From the NCBI GenBank assembly GCA_964487115.1, contig CAZAPD010000126.1, positions 1 through 33,326 on the forward strand: 33,326 bases of DNA. The letters run 5' to 3'. This document shows positions 27,599 to 33,326 of this stretch, one piece after another (position 1 is the stretch's first letter; each line of letters starts with the position of its first letter). The notes beneath the pieces were generated by a model. It had not been told where the DNA came from. It was given only the letters and a program-made list of their open reading frames with translations, and did not search any database. The stretch comes from an uncultured Thermococci archaeon. Its GTDB lineage: Archaea; Methanobacteriota_B; Thermococci; Thermococcales; Thermococcaceae. The translations under genes and the position numbers were made by a program.

Positions 27599-28423
27599 TC
27601 AACCTTTAATTCCGCCGGAAACTCCTCTCATATAGTATTTCTGAAGCACTATGTAGACTGTTATGGGCACTATTATCGCTAACACACCTGCTGCTGTGAG
27701 CTGTCCCCAGTTGGGATTATAGCGACTTATGAATTTCGTGACACCTGCAGATACTGGCCATTTTTCGGGTCTGAGTAAAGTCAGTGCAAAGAACAGGTCT
27801 TGCCATACAAAAATAAATTGAACAACAGCGACACTGATTATTGCCGGTAGTGCTATTGGGAGTATAACTCTAAAGTAAATCCCTACGTCACTGAGCCCAT
27901 CTATCCTGGCAGCTTCTTCATAATCTTTTGGGATAGATATAAAGAAATTACGGAGGAAGAATATTGTCCACGGAAGAGCAAATGCAGAGTGGACTAAGAT
28001 TATTCCATAGTATTGGTTATACATATGTAAGTCCCTGAAAATCCTTAGGAGCGGTACGATAACGGCCTGTTGTGGGATAACTTGAATTGCGACGAGTGTT
28101 AAAAATAGGAGAGTTTTAATTGGAAAACTAAATGATGTAAATCCATATGCAGCCATACCTGCTATTAAGAGCGGTAGAACTGTTGCGAAAACAGCAATTA
28201 ACAGAGAGTTAAGGATATTTCTACCCAGACCCTCCTGTAGAACTGTCTGGTAATTGGATAGTGTAAAGTGAGCATTGTGTAAATTCCACCATCCAGCCAC
28301 TACCTCACTAAAGGGTCGTATGGATGCCATTATCAGTGCAACCAGTGGAACAAGGAGTATTATACCTATGCTCCACGCCACTACGTTAATTGTTATTTTG
28401 TATTCTCTTGTTACTTTAACCAT
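27599..28423 (-). CDS. Carbohydrate ABC permease (MalG/AglG-like)
   Basis: IP.DYEEAARIDG and QFIFVWQD. ATG 28423. Confidence 0.93.
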   Translation of the reverse strand: MVKVTREYKITINVVAWSIGIILLVPLVALIMASIRPFSEVVAGWWNLHNAHFTLSNYQTVLQEGLGRNILNSLLIAVFATVLPLLIAGMAAYGFTSFSFPIKTLLFLTLVAIQVIPQQAVIVPLLRIFRDLHMYNQYYGIILVHSAFALPWTIFFLRNFFISIPKDYEEAARIDGLSDVGIYFRVILPIALPAIISVAVVQFIFVWQDLFFALTLLRPEKWPVSAGVTKFISRYNPNWGQLTAAGVLAIIVPITVYIVLQKYYMRGVSGGIKG

Positions 28424-29297
28424 TGCTAACACCTCTCTCTTCAATCATCTTCTTCAGCATGCCTACTGAGAACAGGAACACTGCTACAGTAAGCAATGTG
28501 GCAATTGCGGCTGCATAGCCCCACTTAAGCATGTAGAATATCTCATAATAAACCATGTATGCAAGCACTGAGAGGTACATTGGTATAGATTCTCCACCGG
28601 AGAGCACATAGATCAAGTCAAAGACCTTCAGGATATAAATTGAGCTCATCGTAACAACAACTATGAGTGCCGGTTTCAGTAGAGGTAAAATGATATACCT
28701 GAATCTCTGCCATGAGTTTGTTCCATCTATGACAGATGCTTCAAGGACTTCTACGTCAAGTCCTTCTAAACCTGCTAAGAAAACTGTTGTGGTAAATCCC
28801 TGCCATGCCCACAGAGATCCTATTATTACAAAATAAATTGCCGTGGAGGGATCTTGTATCCATGCTCGAGGTGCAACACCAAAAACTTCCAGTATCCTAT
28901 TTACAATTCCAGAATATGGATCTAAAAGCAGCATCCAGACTATACCTACAACCGTGAGAGGCATTACCATCCCCAGCATGACAATACCTCTGAGAATGTT
29001 TCGTCCTACCACAGCTTTGTTATGCAAAAGCAGGGCAAATCCGAGCCCAAGAAGTGTCACCAGTGGAAGAAAGATCAGGAATATAAATATGTTATTCCGA
29101 ACTGAGGTCCAAAACAGTTGATCATGAAACATTAATCTGTAGTTTTGCATGCCTACAAACTGAGGAGGATTAAATCCATCCCACTTTGTAAAACCGAGAT
29201 AGAATGTATTGAGAATTGGGTATATTATAAAAACAAAAAGAAGGACAAAAGCGGGCGTCATCAGGATGAAGAAATCCTTATTTAGCCTTCTGCCCAT
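28416..29297 (-). CDS. Carbohydrate ABC permease (MalF/AglF-like)
   Basis: FVG..NY, LAGL...EVLEASVIDG and LKVFD. ATG 29297. Confidence 0.93.
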   Translation of the reverse strand: MGRRLNKDFFILMTPAFVLLFVFIIYPILNTFYLGFTKWDGFNPPQFVGMQNYRLMFHDQLFWTSVRNNIFIFLIFLPLVTLLGLGFALLLHNKAVVGRNILRGIVMLGMVMPLTVVGIVWMLLLDPYSGIVNRILEVFGVAPRAWIQDPSTAIYFVIIGSLWAWQGFTTTVFLAGLEGLDVEVLEASVIDGTNSWQRFRYIILPLLKPALIVVVTMSSIYILKVFDLIYVLSGGESIPMYLSVLAYMVYYEIFYMLKWGYAAAIATLLTVAVFLFSVGMLKKMIEERGVSNG

Positions 29298-29307
29298 TAT
29301 CTTCACC

Positions 29308-30651
29308 TCATGACTTATAGTACTGTTCTGCTGACTGTTCAAGCTCTTGTGCTATCTGCTTGTAATTGTCTGGGTTTGCCCAGAGTTCAAAGAGTTTGTT
29401 CCATATAACGGGCTGGAATCCAGGTGGGGCATTGTCGTCGAGATCTGGTACAACAGGATATTTGGCCATCATGTCAACGATTTTAGCGTCAACAGCATCA
29501 TATGCACTCTTTGGAACTTCTAAGTTTGGAGCCAAGTATCCTTTCTGCTCAACCATTATCTTCTGGTATTCTGGTCCAGCAAGCCACTTTGCAAGCTCAA
29601 AAGCAGCCTCCTTGTGAGGAGCACCCTTCGGAATTATAACCCAATCTCCACCAGCAACTATAGCAAACTGGGCATTTGGATTAATCTCCGGGAAGGGTAT
29701 AAGGTCGTAATCTGTTCCAGGTTTGTATCCTTCTTTTTGGAGCATTAGGTTAATCCAGTTACCCATGAAATACATGGCAACCTTACCTTCGCCGAGTCTT
29801 GCAACTTGGGCTTCCCACTTTTCACCAATTGCCACCTTTGGATCGCCGTAGCAACCCTCTTTTAATAGATCGCTTAAAACTTTGAATGCCTGAAGAACTT
29901 TTGGATCAGTCCACTTAACTTTGTGGAGCATTAAATCATTGTGGAGTTCTGGGCCACCGACCCTTATAAGAACAGCCTCAAATATATCACTGAGAGGCCA
30001 CTTATCAGCGGCACCACTTGCCATGGGTTGAATCCCCTTACTCTTAAGAACCTGACAAACTTGTTTTAGATCGTCTAATGTTTTTGGTGGCTGAAGATTG
30101 TTGTCCTTAAATACATGCACATTGTACCATATTCCAGGCTTTGCCCATGCCTTTATTGGAACAGCATAATAGGTACTTCCGGACTTTACTGGTGCTAACA
30201 GGTTCTCCATAATGTCACCTTTATATGCATCAACAACAGAATTCATGGGTTCAAGCTGTCCCTTTTGACCAAGTTCCTTAATCAAAGCAGGCCAAGGCAG
30301 TATAGCAATATCAAACCCAGGAGATCCAGTTGCTAATTCTGTGAGAACGGCATCTCTCAACTTTGACTGAATGACATACTTAATCTTAACATTTGGATGT
30401 TCTTTTTCATATTGTTTTAATGCATTCTGGAAGTTCTGTCCTTCAACACCACCCCATTGTCCGTATACAACAATTTCAACGGGTTTAGCAGTTTGGGTGG
30501 CGGAGGATGTGGATGTTGAGGAAGTAGGTGCAGATGTTGTCGATGCTTTAGAGGTTGTTGAGGTTGTACCGGAGCTTATGCATCCTGACGCTACAACGAC
30601 ACCAAACATTAAAACAACCAAAAATAAAGCAATTTTTCCACCATGTCTCAT
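29308..30651 (-). CDS. Sugar ABC substrate-binding lipoprotein (AglE-like subfamily, not MalE/TMBP)
   Basis: ASGC lipobox-like Cys and T/S linker. Motifs W.G.E...F, K..IWYN, WP..D..E, WTDP.V..A and GGD. RBS GAGGTG. Confidence 0.9.
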   Translation of the reverse strand: MRHGGKIALFLVVLMFGVVVASGCISSGTTSTTSKASTTSAPTSSTSTSSATQTAKPVEIVVYGQWGGVEGQNFQNALKQYEKEHPNVKIKYVIQSKLRDAVLTELATGSPGFDIAILPWPALIKELGQKGQLEPMNSVVDAYKGDIMENLLAPVKSGSTYYAVPIKAWAKPGIWYNVHVFKDNNLQPPKTLDDLKQVCQVLKSKGIQPMASGAADKWPLSDIFEAVLIRVGGPELHNDLMLHKVKWTDPKVLQAFKVLSDLLKEGCYGDPKVAIGEKWEAQVARLGEGKVAMYFMGNWINLMLQKEGYKPGTDYDLIPFPEINPNAQFAIVAGGDWVIIPKGAPHKEAAFELAKWLAGPEYQKIMVEQKGYLAPNLEVPKSAYDAVDAKIVDMMAKYPVVPDLDDNAPPGFQPVIWNKLFELWANPDNYKQIAQELEQSAEQYYKS

Positions 30652-30688
30652 TTATGGACACCTCGACTTAATTGTTCATTGGTGTGTT

Positions 30689-30715
30689 TACTTCAAGTAT
30701 ATTTATATTTTTCGG
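30689..30715 (-). promoter_or_regulatory. Promoter of the SBP operon with a TrmB box
   Basis: Minus-strand CCGAAAAA-TATAAATA, immediately followed by TACT-N3-AGTA (30689-30699), the known TrmB palindrome. Confidence 0.72.
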
Positions 30716-30834
30716 AAAGTATAGGGTTTAATTTTAGGAATATTCCTACAAAATGTTCATAAATTTCAGAAAATTATTTGTTAATATTCCAATCTAATGG
30801 GATTTACATGTGTATTATGTAAAGAGTATTTAGT

Positions 30835-30897
30835 AAAAAACTTTTTATACGATCAGAATCAAGACAATTCTGGTAGTTGTGTATACTAAAAGTATAC
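30835..30897 (+). promoter_or_regulatory. treT promoter with a TrmB operator
   Basis: AAAAAAC-TTTTTATA (30835-30849) and perfect palindrome GTATACT-AAA-AGTATAC (30881-30897). Confidence 0.8.
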
Positions 30898-30920
30898 CAA
30901 AAAATGAAAGAGGGATGGGG

Positions 30921-32159
30921 ATGTTCGAAGTCACAGGATTTAAGAGAAAACGTATCAGGGATTACGTGGAGATTGTTGGAGGAGAAACTATCAGAAAAAT
31001 AACGGAAAAAGCAGAAAAACTTGATAGTGCCTCCTTTGTACATGTAAATTCCACACCTTATGGTGGGGGGGTTGCAGAAATACTTGGCAATTTAGTGCCC
31101 TTAATGAGGGACATTGGAGTAGATACAAAATGGCTTGTAATTGAAGGTTCAGAGGAATTCTTTAATGTTACAAAGAAATTCCATAATGCTCTTCAGGGAA
31201 ATAAAGATCTTAAACTTACAGAAGATATGAAAGATTTGTATATCAAAACAAACAAGAAAAACTCTGAAGACTTTGATCTGAGTTCTTTTGATTATGTTTT
31301 GATCCACGACCCCCAACCAGCCCCTCTGATTGATTTCTATAAAAAGAATCAACCATGGATCTGGAGATGTCACATCGATTTAAGTGATCCAAACAGAGAG
31401 TTCTGGGAGTTCTTACGGAAATTTGTTGAAAAATATGATAGCTACATCTTTCACATGAAAGACTATGTGCAGGAAGATTTGAATGAAGAAAAGGTCGTTA
31501 TAATGCCACCTTCGATAGACCCCCTAAGTGAAAAGAATATGGATCTCAGTTATAATGAAATAACAGAAATACTCGAAAGATTTGATGTAGATCCAGAGAG
31601 GCCAATAATAACCCAAGTTTCACGCTTTGATCCATGGAAAGGGGTCTTTGATGTTATAGATGTCTACAGAAAGGTTAAAGAAAAGATACCCAACGTTCAG
31701 CTTCTCTTAGTGGGTGTCATGGCTCATGACGATCCAGAAGGTTGGGTATATTTCGAAAAGACATTAAGAAAAATTGGAGAAGATTATGATGTTAAAGTGC
31801 TAACCAATCTCATTGGAGTTCATGCTAAGGAAGTAAATGCATTTCAGAGAGCCAGTGATGTGATTCTTCAGATGTCTACTAAAGAAGGATTTGGTTTAAC
31901 TGTGACTGAAGCTATGTGGAAAGAAAAGCCAGTGATTGGGAGAAAAGTGGGCGGCATCAGACTTCAAGTGATTGATGGAAAAACCGGATTTTTGATTCAA
32001 ACTGTCGAAGAAGCTGCCGAAAAAGTTGTGTATCTACTAAAACATCCTGAAGCAGCTAAAAGTATGGGAGAAAATGCCAGAGAACACGTCAAACAAAACT
32101 TTCTCATAACTAAACATGTGGAAAGATATTTAGACCTCTTAAACCTACTTAGCAAGTAG
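30921..32159 (+). CDS. treT: Trehalose glycosyltransferring synthase TreT (GT4)
   Basis: HVNST..GGGVAEIL, TK.FHNALQG, HDPQP, WRCHID, SRFDPWKG, DDPEG and EGFGLTVTEA. Start placed at MFEV by comparison with remembered orthologues. Confidence 0.95.
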   Translation: MFEVTGFKRKRIRDYVEIVGGETIRKITEKAEKLDSASFVHVNSTPYGGGVAEILGNLVPLMRDIGVDTKWLVIEGSEEFFNVTKKFHNALQGNKDLKLTEDMKDLYIKTNKKNSEDFDLSSFDYVLIHDPQPAPLIDFYKKNQPWIWRCHIDLSDPNREFWEFLRKFVEKYDSYIFHMKDYVQEDLNEEKVVIMPPSIDPLSEKNMDLSYNEITEILERFDVDPERPIITQVSRFDPWKGVFDVIDVYRKVKEKIPNVQLLLVGVMAHDDPEGWVYFEKTLRKIGEDYDVKVLTNLIGVHAKEVNAFQRASDVILQMSTKEGFGLTVTEAMWKEKPVIGRKVGGIRLQVIDGKTGFLIQTVEEAAEKVVYLLKHPEAAKSMGENAREHVKQNFLITKHVERYLDLLNLLSK

Positions 32160-33187
32160 TGATATCAATGGAAATAAGTGAAAAAGTACTCACAATGCTC
32201 ACAAGACTTGGTTTCACAAAATACGAGGTTTTAACCTACTGGGTATTACTGGTTCATGGTCCAAGTACTGCAAAAGAAATATCAGAAAGAAGCGGGATAC
32301 CGTATAACAGGGTGTATGATACAATAGCCTCTTTAAAATCCCGGGGTTTCGTAAGTGAAATAGAAGGATCTCCTCGTGTCTATGTTGCATTTTCTCCTTC
32401 AATTTCGTTTATGAAATTTAAGAAGGAAGTCGATGAAATACGACAGAAACTCGATGAGGAATTAAAAAAAGTAAAAGTGAAGAAGGAAGAACGGCCGGGC
32501 ATTTGGAGAACCAAAGACTTAGAAGAAGCCGTTGAGATGGTAAGAGAGTCGATAAACGAAAGTCAGTATGAGATTATCTTAGTCGCACCTGAAAAGTTCT
32601 TAGAGAAACTGGAAAGTAGCATTAAAACTGCCCTTAAGAAGGGAGTTACAGTATCCTTATACACCGAAGAAAAAATAATGCTTTCGACATTAAGTGGCAT
32701 TGGCAATTTGTTTGTTAGGAAGTTTCATAAGCTTAATCATTTCATTGGAATGTTTGATGGAAAGGAAGTTATAGATATCCAGAATATTGGATTTAGACCG
32801 CGAAACCCCCCAAGTTTTAAAGCAACATATCCAGAAATAATCTTTTCCCAATACAGCTTTATAAGGGAGGCTTTTAAGGAATCTACCCTTATACTTGAAG
32901 AAATCAAACGTAGTAATGATCTAAGATTTTTCACAACGTTCCATGCAGTCGATGTTATTAGACGCCATATAAACAATAATTCAATCTTCGCTGAGATTAT
33001 CGCAAAAAATTTAACAACTGGAGACCTTGAAGAGCTTAGAGGTAGGGTGGTAGGGTATACAGTGGGTTTGGAAGAGGGCATAGACAGTTTCGATTTAGAA
33101 ACAGATGAAGGTATTGTTAAGATAGGTGGAATGTTTGCTGTACTTGAGGAATATGAAACAACCAAAATTAGGTTAATACTTGAATGA
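32159..33187 (+). CDS. trmB: TrmB transcriptional regulator (start may be ATG 32168)
   Basis: LGFTKYE..TY..LL..GPSTAKEIS..SGIPYNRVYD and GGMFAV.E.YE. Lies between treT and malK. Confidence 0.93.
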   Translation: MISMEISEKVLTMLTRLGFTKYEVLTYWVLLVHGPSTAKEISERSGIPYNRVYDTIASLKSRGFVSEIEGSPRVYVAFSPSISFMKFKKEVDEIRQKLDEELKKVKVKKEERPGIWRTKDLEEAVEMVRESINESQYEIILVAPEKFLEKLESSIKTALKKGVTVSLYTEEKIMLSTLSGIGNLFVRKFHKLNHFIGMFDGKEVIDIQNIGFRPRNPPSFKATYPEIIFSQYSFIREAFKESTLILEEIKRSNDLRFFTTFHAVDVIRRHINNNSIFAEIIAKNLTTGDLEELRGRVVGYTVGLEEGIDSFDLETDEGIVKIGGMFAVLEEYETTKIRLILE

Positions 33188-33198
33188 GGTGGTGGTTT

Positions 33199-33326
33199 AT
33201 GGCTGGTGTTAGGCTTGTGGGTGTTTGGAAGAGGTTTGGTGGTGTTGTGGCTGTTAAGGATTTGAGTTTGGAGGTTAGGGATGGGGAGTTTATGGTTTTG
33301 CTTGGGCCTAGTGGTTGTGGTAAGAC
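33199..33326 (+). CDS. malK: MalK ABC ATPase, 5' partial
   Basis: Not in the ORF track. Reads MAGVRLVGVWKRFGGVVAVKDLSLEVRDGEFMVLLGPSGCGK with Walker A. RBS GAGGTGG. Confidence 0.92.
   Translation, partial: MAGVRLVGVWKRFGGVVAVKDLSLEVRDGEFMVLLGPSGCGK

Noticed and set aside
12114..30920. Thermococcales glycolytic motif (TGM, TATCAC-N5-GTGATA) in the sugar promoters
   Set aside because: I looked by eye in the intergenic regions and found only partial GTGAT half-sites. A PWM scan would be needed to exclude weak sites.
30879..30920. N-terminal extension of TreT from GTG 30879
   Set aside because: It overlaps the TrmB operator and the leader. Similarity to known TreT begins at MFEV (30921).
1..33326. 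CRISPR array, tRNA or rRNA genes
   Set aside because: I saw no regularly spaced direct repeats and no cloverleaf or rRNA-like GC-rich tracts. Intergenic gaps are short.

Overview
Archaeal DNA, almost certainly Thermococcales: the TreT, TrmB, MalK and GH1 proteins, the CGP-CTERM anchor and the BRE/TATA promoters all fit. The window opens in the 3' end of a TnpB gene with its overlapping structured omega/HgcC-like RNA and element end (1-163). About 5.3 kb of mixed genes follows: YjbQ, two hypotheticals, a Trm11-like methyltransferase, a CoA-binding protein, NfeD-like and radical SAM. The remaining ~28 kb is a carbohydrate island with three modules. (1) 5.5-15.5 kb: glycerate 2-kinase, a TrmB paralogue, a complete sugar ABC importer, two Gfo/Idh/MocA oxidoreductases and a divergent Ggs/Mgs-like glycosyltransferase. 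Two of its promoters share an operator-like motif. I propose this is a glycosylglycerate (compatible solute) scavenging system without a classical hydrolase. (2) 15.5-25.4 kb: membrane-anchored GH5 endoglucanase, an Opp-type (Cbt-like) oligosaccharide ABC importer, GH1 BmnA, and a VapB-like gene paired with an apparently catalytically dead PIN gene. (3) 25.4-33.3 kb: PfkB kinase, GH5-like glycosidase and an ATPase-less ABC importer, divergent from treT-trmB-malK, with TrmB boxes (TACT-N3-AGTA) at both promoters. The window ends in a malK 5' fragment whose 42 complete codons all end in G or T. No database searches were run. Family calls rest on motifs and on remembered reference sequences.
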